A stretch of 64,000 bases of DNA from Octopus sinensis (taxonomy: Eukaryota). The notes under the pieces were generated by a model that made no database searches, had not been told where the DNA came from, and saw only the letters and a list, made by a program, of their open reading frames with translations. The number at the start of each line of letters is the position of its first letter. The first letter of the stretch is position 1. This document shows positions 30,331 through 43,826 of this stretch, piece by piece. A program made the translations under genes and the position numbers. The stretch covers positions 41,974,001 through 42,038,000 of the forward strand of contig NC_043012.1 in NCBI RefSeq assembly GCF_006345805.1. The letters run 5' to 3'.

Positions 30331-33300
30331 GTCAGTGTGACCAAAGATATGTTTACTAAGTTGATATTGGATTAAACGTGTTTAGTTTATATCAACAACT
30401 ACAACAAATGAATCCTTTACTCGGACCGCCGCCATTTTGTCATGTTGAAGGACTTAAGTAATCCATACATTGGAGAAGGAGGAAGGGGTGGAGGTGTTAT
30501 ACGAAAGTAAAAGATGGGCAGAGGTGGGTTAACGCGGTGGACGTGCATCACCAGTTTATTAGTGTTGTTATTGACTCAAAGGAGTTTCCTCCTTGCCCGT
30601 CCCGTTGGCTTTTTTTTTTTGCCTTTTGTGTATGTATATCATAACCCAATGCATTCTTTATTTAAAATGTTGCAGTGTTCTTTGAGACATGTTTGGCTGC
30701 TATTTCTTGTAGTAGACCTTGCAGCTCTAGGGCATGGGCTCACTCTACAGTGATGGCGGTGTTCGTGGGAGGAGATTTGACTGCTATTTCTACGAGATTG
30801 ATCAGCACCAGAGTTGCTTTTGTGATTGTGGTTGTGGATGGTGATACGTGTTGTTGCAATTATTGCTGTGGTAATGGTGGTGTGGTGCAGTCGTGATGGC
30901 CATCATTGTTGTTATTGTTGTCGTCGCCGTCGTTGTTGTTGTTGTTGCTATTGTTGTTATTAACTCCATTTCAACCTTCGCCGAGCAACAAACTCTATGA
31001 GAATAATATACTGGTCGTGACTAAAAGCTTAAATTTTTTATAAAGGGTTGGAGTGGGGAACCAGACACAAGGTGAAATTCTTCAATTGAGAGATTATAAT
31101 CGATTGATGGCATTCGACCTTGGTTCTCCTCCCTCTCTCTCAGTGTGTGTGTATGTATGTGTGTTTGTGTGTGTGTGTGTGTGTGTACAAGCGTGTATAG
31201 ACGTAGACCTTTATGTATATGCGTATAGACAAGATCAAATTCATCAGTGAACCGCTGTGCACGATAAAAATATAAGGTGGAGTGTACCAGTTACATACTA
31301 TGATTAGATTTGATTACGTAGTACCTTACAGTTACCACCATCACCACCACCATTGCCACCGTCAACACCAATACCTCTAATACACGCTTGACTCACACAC
31401 ATTTCATATATACACATAGTGCACACGCAGCAGGTAGTAAAAAGGTATAAACCGTATCCGTCACGCGCACACAGGGTGCGCAGCGATGCATACTCATATA
31501 CAAACATCTAGAAATGCCTAGAAATCTGCAAGTCAGTAAACGCATAGATTCTGTTATATGTCCACACACATATACACGAATTCAGTTCCATATGTACACT
31601 CATACGTACATATGGGGTGGGGAACATGTCCACGGGTGGTGTCAGAAACACATGACTACATTCGCACACACACACACACACACACATATTCAAATTGAGG
31701 GAATGGAGCAGGTGAAATCCAGGCAACATATGCTTCCTTGCAGCTAGTTGGAACTATTACTCAACGAGTGCGCCTCCACTAGCGACTCAGGCTGAAATAT
31801 CTTAGTTATATGAAGGTTACATTGTTGTTCAGGAATTCTAAGTTAAATAGCCGGGGATATAATTTAAAATCAGCTTATCGAACATCGATATAGGAAAAAC
31901 CTACAACCTTCTACGTCAATAAACTATTATTGTTTCTGAAAGTTGTTTTTTTTTTATGCCTACCACAGACGGCTCCAAGTTTACTAAGTTCCTACACCTA
32001 AACCCTTGTATCTTACAAATACATTTCAGTGTATGTGTGTGTGTTCATACACTCATATACATCTATACTCTCGCGCGCATTAACGCATTCACACACGCAC
32101 ATACATAAATACATACAAAACGAAATACGGTGTCCTTGCTAGCGAGGACACGGTATTTCGTTTTGAAGTCATAATATTCTTCCAAGTCTATTAAAAGTTT
32201 ATAAGCCAATATTGTGACCTACTTTTGGTTAGCAGCGTGATGCTCTCATTCAAAAGTTTTTCTCTACAGATTTCCTACAGAATTCTGACGTAGCACTGAA
32301 AGTTACGCCTTTTCTTATACGAATACGTTTATATAAACGATGCGATTGAAGACAGTAAAAGATAGAAATATGCATATGCATCCATTACCTATGTTTTTTT
32401 TTTCTGTCTTCATACAACTGTTTCATGCTGGTATCTGGGAAATTCGAGACAGTGGTTTTCATTAGACAAACTGAAGCAAAAGTCAAGATGGCAGGGTACG
32501 TTATGTCGTGAATGCTTTGAGCAAAAGTAAAAACTTCATGCTGTGACTGCTAGCGACGCTTTACCGTCTTTTTGTTCATTATCGATGTTCTGTGATTTAT
32601 GATGTGATAATACTTATAACTGTTTTCAAACTTTTAGGGTTGTGCTAGATCTCTCGAAGTGAGAGACTATTTGATGTGGTCAAATTCATGCTTATCATTT
32701 CCTGCTTCTTTGGCGAATGTGTCTCTACGGAGAATTATTTTCTTTGTGACAGAATTAGAAAGAGATTGCTCTTCAAGTGCCATTACAAAGAAAATAAAAC
32801 ATTTCTTTCGAGACACATCTGGATGCACTTTGGAAAGATAATGTCCATTCTAGACGGGTTCCAGGCAGCCCAATGTCATCAGATAATTTACCCCAAAGCT
32901 AATCCTGAAGTAAAAGACAAAATTAAACGTGTTTACGTTATCTCATTTTTAGAGTAACAGACAAAGCAGCCGTGAAATCATGCGTCACGTGACACGCTGC
33001 CATCTTGGGTTTTTGCGTTCAACAACAATAACCAAAATCCGCCTGCTAAGTGACTCGAACAGGACAAGTCGCGTTTCGTGGGTATTTGTCGTGGAAAACA
33101 ACATTAATAGTCATAATTGCTATAGTTGGTACTTTACACACACACACACATGCATGTATACGTGTGCATATGTATGTATAGATATCTATGTATGTGTGGC
33201 GAGAGACAGACAGAAGGATAGATACAAATATACAGATATGTATAAATATATATGTATGCATATAACCAACACTGATGATTCACTCCGCCACAATTAGTCT

Positions 33301-33687
33301 CAGAGTTAGTTCCATGCCAAAGGATCTCACGTGGCAAAAACGAAAACTCTGAGTAACGACCTAGTGAATCATCAGTCACCGGTCTTAAACAAATATATTA
33401 ATTCTTATACAAGTGGTATAGATTTTACTCTCGTTTGTCTACCATACCTATACATATGTATACATATATATGTGTGTGTATATATATGTATATATTTATC
33501 CATTCGTATTAGTGTTTGTATTAGTTTGTGTCCCATCACACAAACATATATGATGTGTTTACAAGAGAATCCCTTCAAAGACCACCAAGAGAATTTAATT
33601 GATTTTCTTCAACTTCAGAGCAGAAAATTTGAATTCAGTTTATATACATACGTGTGCGCGCCTCTGTATGTGTGTGTGTGTGCGTAC

Positions 33688-33718
<31 letters not shown>

Positions 33719-33802
33719 TGTGGTGCGCGCACACCTGGGTCCTTACGTAACTGCTCTTTAAACACCTCATTCAACGTGTTTATACCCGCATATATGCACA
33801 TA

Positions 33803-33835
<33 letters not shown>

Positions 33836-34677
33836 TATATTATATATATTATATATATATATATACTTAGATATAACGTGTACATGTGTGTGTGTATCTG
33901 AATGAAGTCACATCTATAGTGTTCTTCTCTCTTCATCTCTATTTAGTTACATATCTGTCTCGCTTTATTTCTCTCTATCTATTTAGCTATCTCTCCCCCC
34001 TCTCTCTCTCTCTCTCTCTCTGCGGCTCCCCTAATCTCTTTCCTTTTCTCTTTCTTTCTTTCTTTCTTTCTTTCTCTGTTTCTCTTTTCTTCCTCAGTAG
34101 TTCTCTATATTCCCCTTTCTCTCTCTTTCCCTCTCTCTTTCTTTCTCTCTCTCTCTCTCTCAGCAACTCTTTTTTCATAATTACATACTTCCTTTCTGTC
34201 TCCGGCTTCACTCCCTCTCCGTCAAAATATCAACTATGGCTGCAATCTCTCCAATTCTCATAGACTTATAACCCCCCCCCCCCCCCTTCACACACACACA
34301 TTCACACATATCCGCACATACTATACATTCCCACACCGATATCTACTGTTTGTTCCCAACAATTCTTTGCAGTTTCTTCTTCCGGACAAATATTGCAACC
34401 GTCTGATCCTTCAGGCCGTATACCATCATCCCTATCTCGGTGTCGTCTGCTCTTTCAAATAATACCACCGCCACCGCCGCCACCACCACTGCCACCACCA
34501 CCACCAACCACCGCCACCACCACCACCGCCGATATTATGTTTCGCAGTGTCTTCTTTTCCATCCCTCTCTTCACCTCTCAACACTGTCATCTGTCGTCTC
34601 TTTTGAAATCTCTGTCCCACATTCGCTGTCGTCTGATTATTCATTTCTTCTATTAGCTCTCTCTTTCTCCTCCCCTT

Positions 34678-34712
<35 letters not shown>

Positions 34713-35654
34713 ACCCAGATGTTTCTATGTGGTCACTCGCCCTGCAATTAATTTTTCCCAAATTTCCCTTAATCGTTTAAGGGAAATAAAGAGGACTTTA
34801 GATAATGCAGTCCTAAGAAGGGATGGTCAAAACTGGAAGACTTTTTTATCAGTTGAGGCTCATCTAGAGTTGAATAACATAGCATCACCACCACTTTAAT
34901 GGTTGCCGTCTCTTGCCTGTTTCGTCAAATCGTTTCTGCCATTTGAATTCTGGCGTCGATCCAACAAGGGACACTCTGTGCGCTCGGTCCACCTGCTAGA
35001 AATAGAAGCCAAATCTCACTCAAATTGCAACTTACTGCTGTATATAGACAAACAAACTGGATAATGAAGTCTTGTATAGATAGAAATTACATGAAAGAAA
35101 CACAGGATGGTTGCGGTTAGAACTCGTTTTGATCAGAAATCTGCTCAACCGAAGCTAAAAAACAGCGTTCATGTCTTCATCATCACTAATCCCTTCACCG
35201 CTTTTTGTCTTCTTCATCAAACTTCTTACATCAGTTACACTGTGGCGTCTGTAATTGCTTTCCATTCTATTTTCCTGTAAAACCCATTCTTTGTCGTCTG
35301 CAATCGTTACCCAGCCACGTTTGCAGCTTCTTTCCAACTTTATTCCATCGTCTGTTTCAAGCCATGACCGCTATCATTTTTGATGGAATACAAGATTCGT
35401 TGATGTGGCCTTCTAATGGAGAAATCATTGATTCGCTGAATGTTTTAGTGACGAGAGTAACTCACTGTAAAATAAATATCGTAAGAGTTTTCGTTCTTAA
35501 ATCACCTGTTTTCGGTTTTCTTACCAAGTTTTATATTACTATCTATCTATCTAGGTAGCTAGGTAGCTATTTATCTATCTATCTATCTATCTACCATTTG
35601 GCGAATATTACTGAAAAGCTTCTTTTTCTTTTTAGCACTAACTATTTTGTCCAC

Positions 35655-35686
<32 letters not shown>

Positions 35687-36716
35687 AATAGTAATAGTAA
35701 TAATAATAATAATAATTTTCGAATTGGGCGTTAGACCAATAATTTTGAGGGATGTCGCTTAGGCGATATCATCAACTTCAATATTTGACTGGTATTTATT
35801 TTATTTATCTTAAAAAGTCGATTTTGACTGGATTTGAAATCAGAAAGTAAGGAACAAGAACAAATAACGCGAGGAATATTTGTCCGGCGCGCAAATGATT
35901 CTACGAGTCCAGTGATTTTTAACTTAGACACAAGAATAGATAGAGATTTAAATATGGGTGGGGTTATCTTGTGGATTAAATTGGCCTCGGTACTTGCTTG
36001 ATAGTTACTTATTTTATAATCCTTTGGAGCCAATGGAAAGGGAGAATTCTCCTACCTCAATGGAAATGGAAAAAAACAACAGTGGTTGATATCCTTGAAT
36101 GTAATAGCAAAGGCGATGTTTGTTGAGACATAAAAATGTCTTAGCTCTACTCTCCACCATTAAAAAAAAAAAACTCCCTTCTCTGCCTTTTCCCCTTTAT
36201 TTACTCCACAGATCAATAACCAAAGTTCTATCCCTCTTTATTGTATCTTCTGCCATCTCCTGTCTTCTGTTTTTTTTACCTTCTCTTTTTCTTCCCCTTT
36301 CTCTCTCCCCCTTCTCTCTCTCTTTCTCTCCCTCTTCATCTTTCGCTTTCACTCTCCTCTCTCTCCCTCCCTCTTCAACATTCTTCACATGCATTCTTTG
36401 ATGTTTAGTTTTCTTTGTTTTCTTCATTCCTCACCTTAATTCTAAATCTTACTCTCTCTCTCTCTCTCTCTCTTTGCATCTTTCTACTCTCTCTCTCTCT
36501 CTTGCTCCTTTCTCTCTTCTCTGTTTCGGTTCTGTCTCTATCCTTATTTTTTTCTTTTTCCTCTCCATATCTTCTCTCCGTCCCTCCCTCTCTCACCTCT
36601 TTCTTTCTCTTTCTCTCTGTCTCCTCTGTATTCCCTCCTCTTTTCCTCTCTATATACCCTCTCTATATTTCACCATATCCCTCTCCCTCGCTCTTCTTTT
36701 CTCTCTCTCTCTCTTT

Positions 36717-36757
<41 letters not shown>

Positions 36758-37908
36758 TTCGCCCAACAACAACAAACAAACCAACAAACCACCAATGACG
36801 CTCGTTGAACCTTGCTAAAAAAGAGTTTACTCTCCTTCCTTTCACCACCACCACCACCACCACCACCACCACCACCACCACCATCAACGTTACTACTACC
36901 ACTACTTCCACCACAACGACCACCACTACCTTATCATAAACCGAAGTATCTCAGTGTGTGTACCTTCAGCCGGACGTTGCAGTCTTTCACAGCCGTTGCT
37001 GGAGACGGCACAGCTGAACCCGATCTCTATAAAGACGGGCATCAACAACAACAACAGTAACAACGTACACACACGCACACACACAGACACATACACACAT
37101 ACGCTCACACACAAACATTCACACACACACATAGAGAGAGACACCCTTCGCTCCGTCTCTGTCTTGATCATCTCTAGTTTCCATTGGGAACATCATTGAC
37201 CATTACAGTTCTGAGGAAATGCACACACACACATATAAATATATGTTAGAATTCTCTGATTTGTAAGGATAACATTATTGACAGACCAGTATATTTGTCA
37301 TTTATGAAGGATAATATTAATGAATGACCGACGCAATTCTTTCATTCATAAGGATAACTGACTGGCCATCGCAGCTCTTTTATATTCTGTTACAAACGTG
37401 GCTGGAAAAATAATTCTTTTAACGTTTGCCACTTCGCATGTCTAAAGATTCCAAAAAACTTGCCGTTAAAGAAATCAAAAAGAACGGAAACCTTTAAAAG
37501 CGAAAAAAAAAAAGCAAAAGCAAAGAAGACAGTCTTATTTTACCCGCATCAATTTTGTTACCCTTTTGTTAATTTCCTGTTTGTTTGAATGTGTTTAAAA
37601 ATATTTTCTACGATTAAGAAAAAAAACAGTTAATAGAAAATCTTAAAATTAAAACACGGATAAACAAGAGATAAAGAAGAGGAAGAAAAACCTTTCGTTT
37701 TTCATATCATTAAAAATGGCTGGAACTGGATCTTGTACATAAACAAAAATTACGCTCCGAAATGCTCGCGGGCCACATCTACAAGAGTATGTTCCAAGAA
37801 CTTGTTGATACTTAGAGACAGAAAAACTTACTGACAGAAACAAAGATAGACATTAGAAGACTTACAGTTTCATAGCGAATTGTTTCTATATAAACGTATT
37901 GCACATAC

Positions 37909-37958
<50 letters not shown>

Positions 37959-38181
37959 ATAAAATATATATCTATATATACATTATTATATAAACCATAC
38001 TTTTGCCCTTGTGACTATACAGGTTTCGTTCACAAAATCTGTTTTATTTTCAATATTATATGGCATAAAACACACCATGTGTGTATGCATGTTTTTTTTA
38101 CTATCACGGATGAGGTAAGTTTTCTAACATATATACATATTTACATACGTACATATATGCATATACATACGTGTGTATGTG

Positions 38182-38252
<71 letters not shown>

Positions 38253-38720
38253 TGCATATATATATATATATTCTTTTTTCCTTTATTCTTTTACTTGTTT
38301 CAGTCATTTGACTACGGCCATACTGGGGTACCACCTTCAAGGGTTTTAGTCGAACAAATAGACCCCAGGACTAATCTCTTCAACCTAGAACTTACTCTAT
38401 ATGCTTTTTGCTGAACCGCTAATTTATGGGGACATAAACATACGAGCATCTGTTGTCAAGCAGTGATGGGTGACAAAACACACACACACACACATATACT
38501 GGACTATTGGCAATTATTTTCCTTCCTTTTGTTTTGGACTTTCCTATGTCTCCTGTTTCCGAAGAAGTGCTTTGCTCGAAACATAAAACAACCACTCTTT
38601 CTTTCCTTCTCTGAGCATCTTATTAATACTTTGCATGTGCCACGTCCTTGTGTTGTTATTTTTTCTTGTCTTTTTTCTCCGTTTTCTTTTATTAATTATA
38701 TATAATAATATATATATGAT

Positions 38721-38767
<47 letters not shown>

Positions 38768-38784
38768 ATATATAATATTATATA

Positions 38785-38826
<42 letters not shown>

Positions 38827-39020
38827 TATATGATTCGCCATGATTGACCGCAAAATCTACAAGATTTTTTTTCATTCACTCTATTTTCTCTTATTCCTTC
38901 TATTGAAGATGTAGGGTCGAAACGTAAAAGACTTTTTCATTTTCCCGTGCGTCAAACTGATACACCTGCTTGTTGTTCATACACCTGTCTTCGTCTTTTT
39001 TCTATAAATTTCAACTATAT

Positions 39021-39079
<59 letters not shown>

Positions 39080-39317
39080 CGACGGACTTTTTAGTTTCCG
39101 TCTACCAAATCCTCTCACAAGGTTTTCTTCGGCCGGCTCGAGTATATAGTAGAAGTCACTTACCCAATGTGACTCGCAATGGACTGAACCCGGAACCGTG
39201 TAATTGAGAAGCAAACTTCTTACCGGACAGCCACGCCTGTGCTTATTCATATACACACATGTGTATATATATATACACATACATATATGTATATATATAT
39301 ATATATATAATATATAT

Positions 39318-39350
<33 letters not shown>

Positions 39351-39450
39351 ATTAATCCAAACATGAAAAAAACAAAAGAAAACACAACAACGCGAGGACG
39401 TGGAAGAGTATAGTGTTATTGGACGCTCAGAAAGGAAAGAAAGAAGGAGG

Positions 39451-39486
39451 ATTTAACGTTTCGAGCGGAGCTCTTCGTCAGAAACA
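39451..39486 (-). ncRNA. Minimal hammerhead-like motif, second family
   Basis: Minus strand tgttt-CTGACGA-A-GAGC-tcc-GCTC-GAAACGTT-aaat. Core intact, stem II GAGC/GCTC, palindromic AACGTT stem III. Related, more mutated copies at 38554-38590(+), 38898-38930(+) and 63441-63475(-). Confidence 0.55.
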
Positions 39487-39779
39487 TAGGAAAAGGAAAG
39501 GTCCAAGGAAGGGAAGACGGAGGAAAAAAATCGCCAACGATACACACGCGGTCACATTTTGAATTATATATATATATAATCCAGAAGTTAGCCTCATGAT
39601 GTGATAATGTCATTCAAGGAAATACTGGTTTAATACCTAATATTTGGGGTGGGGGGAAATAATTTCCTTAAAATTATAGGTTTGATTATATAAACTAATT
39701 TATATTCGTGCGAAGGAAAAAGAAAATGGAAATATTGAAGTCAATGAGAGTTTATTATCAGTAACAAATCGATCATTAT

Positions 39780-39860
39780 CCCTTACAGCTGTTTCAGTTA
39801 TACACAGTGAAATAAATTAAATATTAAATTCATATTTCTGAGCATAATCTCTTCAGAGGG
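39780..39860 (-). ncRNA. Type I hammerhead-like motif with long stem II
   Basis: Minus strand CCCT-CTGAAGA-(about 54-nt imperfect AT-rich hairpin)-GAAACAGCTGTA-AGGG. Stem I CCCT/AGGG, palindromic ACAGCTGT stem III, GUA triplet. Confidence 0.6.
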
Positions 39861-40885
39861 AAAATGTCCCCTTAGATGTTATGTATGTCTGTTTGTAGAT
39901 TCATGGCAACAGACTTATATATAAATATATTCACATATATTTAAATTTGATTTGTGTCAAAATATTTTCGTCGCTTTGAAACTGCGACCTGTTCACTGAC
40001 AAGTTTTGTCTTAAATGGCTTACAGACATCTACGCTGTCATTGTTCTTTTTCAGCACACGATCTCAGATGAAGTCACTTGCAATGCAAGCACATCTCCGT
40101 AATATATATATATATAATAGCAATATGTTACAAAAAGAAAATAGAAACTACACGTGGAAATGTAAGGGGAAAGTAAGAAGAAAAAAGAAAAAACATACAT
40201 TTAAAAAAAAATGTATTTAAAGGGTTATATTATCCTGCCGGTTAGCGTATTTCCTCTCATGTCGGTTTGAGATGCTGGGGCTAACCACAACGGTCCGTAT
40301 GTAGTACACGAGCTAACAATGAGTTTTTAGGCATCGATAATAGAAAAAGTACCGATAAAAATGTTCTAGTCCCTCTCCTCACTGGTAACTTCTCTCCCTG
40401 CATAATTCCGTGTGTCCTGTTCGGGACTGCATATGTTCCGTAGAGTAGTTAATAACATTAATAATGATAAATAGAATGGCGCTTTTTCACGTCCATCATT
40501 TATTTAACAACTTTTTTTACAGCATACAACGTGTAGGTATGGAAAATAAGTTGTAAATAACTTTTAAATAAACCATGGATGTGAAAAATCTCCATTTTCC
40601 TTATCACTATTAATGTTATATATATGTATGTATGTATGTATATTCTATATATGTATGTAGGTATGCTGATAAATATAGAATGGATACTGTGTGACAAAAG
40701 AAGAGGAGTTACGTAATGCCCTTCTTTACAGCTGTTTCGGCTGTAGGAAACTATGCAACGTGAGGTGAGGGTGAATGCGATATCTTTAACAAAACAGAAT
40801 AACAATGTAGATACACAAACACACACATACACACATACACACACACACACACACGCACAGACACAATCGCATGCATTGTATGTAG

Positions 40886-40929
<44 letters not shown>

Positions 40930-42379
40930 ATATGTACCTTTGTATATGTATACATATATGTATGCGAGTGTGTGTATAATATATACATACACATGTATGT
41001 ATGCATGTAAGTATATACACCTTAAATGCGCATAATTCTAGTCCGAAGTATATTGCACCTTAACATAAATGTCACAAGAAGCGCAAAACAAGTGGGAAAG
41101 ATCTTGCAATCTGGTCTCGATTTCGATTCAGATTCCAGAGCATTTCCTTCTCAAGAATTTGGAAATCCTTTAATAACAGAACCTCATAATTTCTTCCTTG
41201 GGAACTATGTTCTTTTTTCGTTTTTATATAAATTTCATCCATCGATATATCTTTGTTTTTCTCTGTAATTATACCAACAGCAAGCAAAACCATTTCCCCA
41301 AAGAAATCCGTTTCACGGTTTTAAAGATTTGCTTTCAACTAGAAAAGTAGTGATGGCGTTCATCAACTGGCAGGATCGTTGGCGCATTGAGCGAAATGTT
41401 TAACAACGTTTCTCTCGGTCCTTTACGTTCTGATTTCAAATTCCGCTAAAGTCAAATTTTCCCTTCATTTCTTCGAGTTCGATAGAATAAAATACCTGTC
41501 AACTACTGGGGTCAACATCATCGATTCGTCCCCTCCAAATTACTCGCCTTGAATCCTGCAACGAACCGGCGTCTAGTTCATGAGGAATGTTTTGATTTCG
41601 CACATTTATACACTACGGAAACCATGTAACCAGCCTTACAAGTCCTAGAGCTCAAAAATAAAATAAATATGAGCTGCAGCAGAACCATGCTGCCTGACAC
41701 TTGTCACATGCTCCACCACCAAAAAAAAAAACACTTCCTGTAATTTAACAAAATATAAAAAGGGGGTAAAAATAAAGTACCCTCGGGTTTGAAATTTCAG
41801 CATTGTAAATATTTACATTTTCTGTTGGCTTTATCGAACGGCAATTCACGTGGCACCAAAACTAGGCGTTCTTACACACAAATGCAAACTCTATGCGTTG
41901 AGTCGGAATTATAATAAGTTTGTAAGTAGCTCCAATGACTGCTTCACAATATATTCTCGATATGTTTAAGCCGGCGAGCTTGCAGAACCGTTAACACGCC
42001 GAGCAAAATACCCAAACGGCATTTCGTTCAAATTTTGTTATGCGTTCAAACTGTGCCGAGATCGGCTTTGCCTTTCATCCCTTCGAGATCGATAGACTAA
42101 ATACCAGTTGAATACTGGGGTTGATTAAAAATCGCTGATCAATATATTTCCGAGCTGATAGAATTATTAGCAAGCTGGACAAAACTCTTAGCGGAATTTC
42201 GTCCGTCTCTACCTTTTGAGTTCAAATCCTACATTGTGTTGTCATATAATTCTACGTCAGTAATAGCGCTTTTTTTTTTTATTAATCTTGGAAACTCTCC
42301 CAGCTATATAAATTTATATTTAATTCGCGAAACCTGTTTACCCCATTTTCTACTATAAATGTGTATGTGAGTGTGGTGC

Positions 42380-42409
<30 letters not shown>

Positions 42410-42426
<17 letters not shown>

Positions 42427-43826
42427 TGAAGTTGTGTGAGTGTCTGTCTCCTACGATTTAGATTCCTAACTACTCTCACATTTTGCGGTGCAGTTTAGCC
42501 AAATACGGGTATCTTATAGTCGTGATTCATATCGAGCCCGTCTGGGTATTAGCGCGCGTCTACGATGAGTCTACGATTTTAAAAATAATTTACCATAATT
42601 TTTTTCCATTTTAACGCATATTTTTTCGTGTGTCGATGGCGGCGGCGTTGGCGTCCATGCTCACACCTGCACCTGTGTTGCTTCTCCCCCTTCTTCCCTC
42701 CCTCGTGAAGCTGTGAGGAAGGGAGTGTAAGGAAATCAACGTCGTAAAGCGTTGTCAAGGAGACCAGCGTTCTTTTAGAACAACGACTTCATGGCTTGAA
42801 GTCGCCAAAACAGAAATCGCTAAAAAAGCTGAAACAGATCCACAAAAACGGCAAAAACCGCCACACAGGGCAGGTTTCCTGTGCAAACAATTTGCACAAC
42901 CGAATGTTTTAGTTGTTGCACAAATCTTTATATATAAAAGTGAAGTTGTGTGTCTGTCTCCTACGATTTAGATTCCTAACTACTCCCACATTTTGCGGTG
43001 CAGTTTAACCAAAACCGGGTATCTTATAGTCGTGATTCATATCGAGCCCTTCTGGGTATTAGCGCGCGTCTACGATGAGTCTACGATTTTAAAAATAATT
43101 TACCATAATTTTTTCCATTTTAACGCATATTTTTTCGTGTGTCGATGGCGGCGGCGTTGGCGTCCATGCTCACACCTGCACCTGTGTTGCTTCTCCCCCT
43201 TCTTCCTCCCTCGTGAAGCTGTGAGGAAGGAGTGTAAGGAAATCAACGTCGTAAAGCGTTGTCAAGGAGACCAGCGTTCTTTTAGAACAACGACTTCATG
43301 GCTTGAAGTCGCCAAAACAGAAATCGCTAAAAAAGCTGAAACAGATCCACAAAAACGGCAAAAACCGCCACACAGGGCAGGTTTCCTGTGCAAACAATTT
43401 GCACAACCGAATGTTTTAGTTGTTGCACAAATCTTTATATATAAAAGTGAAGTTGTGTGTCTGTCTCCTACGATTTAGATTCCTAACTACTCCCACATTT
43501 TGCGGTGCAGTTTAACCAAAACCGGGTATCTTATAGTCGTGATTCATATCGAGCCCGTCTGGGTATTAGCGCGCGTCTACGATGAGTCTACGATTTTAAA
43601 ATTAATTTACCATCATTTTTTTCCATTTTAATGCATTTTTTGCTATTATATAAGGGAAGTAACTCTCTAAAAATGTCTACGACTAGTCAACGATTTAAAA
43701 AAATTTTACTATAATTTTTTTCCATTTTTAATGCATTTTTTTTGCTATTTTTTGGCTATAACTATCTAAAAATGCTTTATAGTTATTTCCCTTACAAACC
43801 CGAGCAACGCCGGGCGATACTGCTAG
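42410..43826 (+). mobile_element. Helitron-like element with about 2.4 tandem copies of a 507-514 nt unit
   Basis: Units start taaaagtgaagttgtgtg at 42421, 42935 and 43442. Each junction restores a|TCTTTATATATAAAAG. A single 3' CCCGAGCAACGCCGGG hairpin + CTAG|t ends at 43826. Confidence 0.8.

Noticed and set aside
42993-43478. 161-aa ORF
   Set aside because: Lies within the Helitron-like tandem unit. The equivalent region of the first unit carries indels, and no protein motif is recognisable.
42421-43700. Tandem repeat considered as a CRISPR array or ribozyme-bearing retrozyme array
   Set aside because: The units are about 510 nt with no spacers, the context is eukaryotic, I found no CUGANGA/GAAA hammerhead layout, and the termini are Helitron-like.
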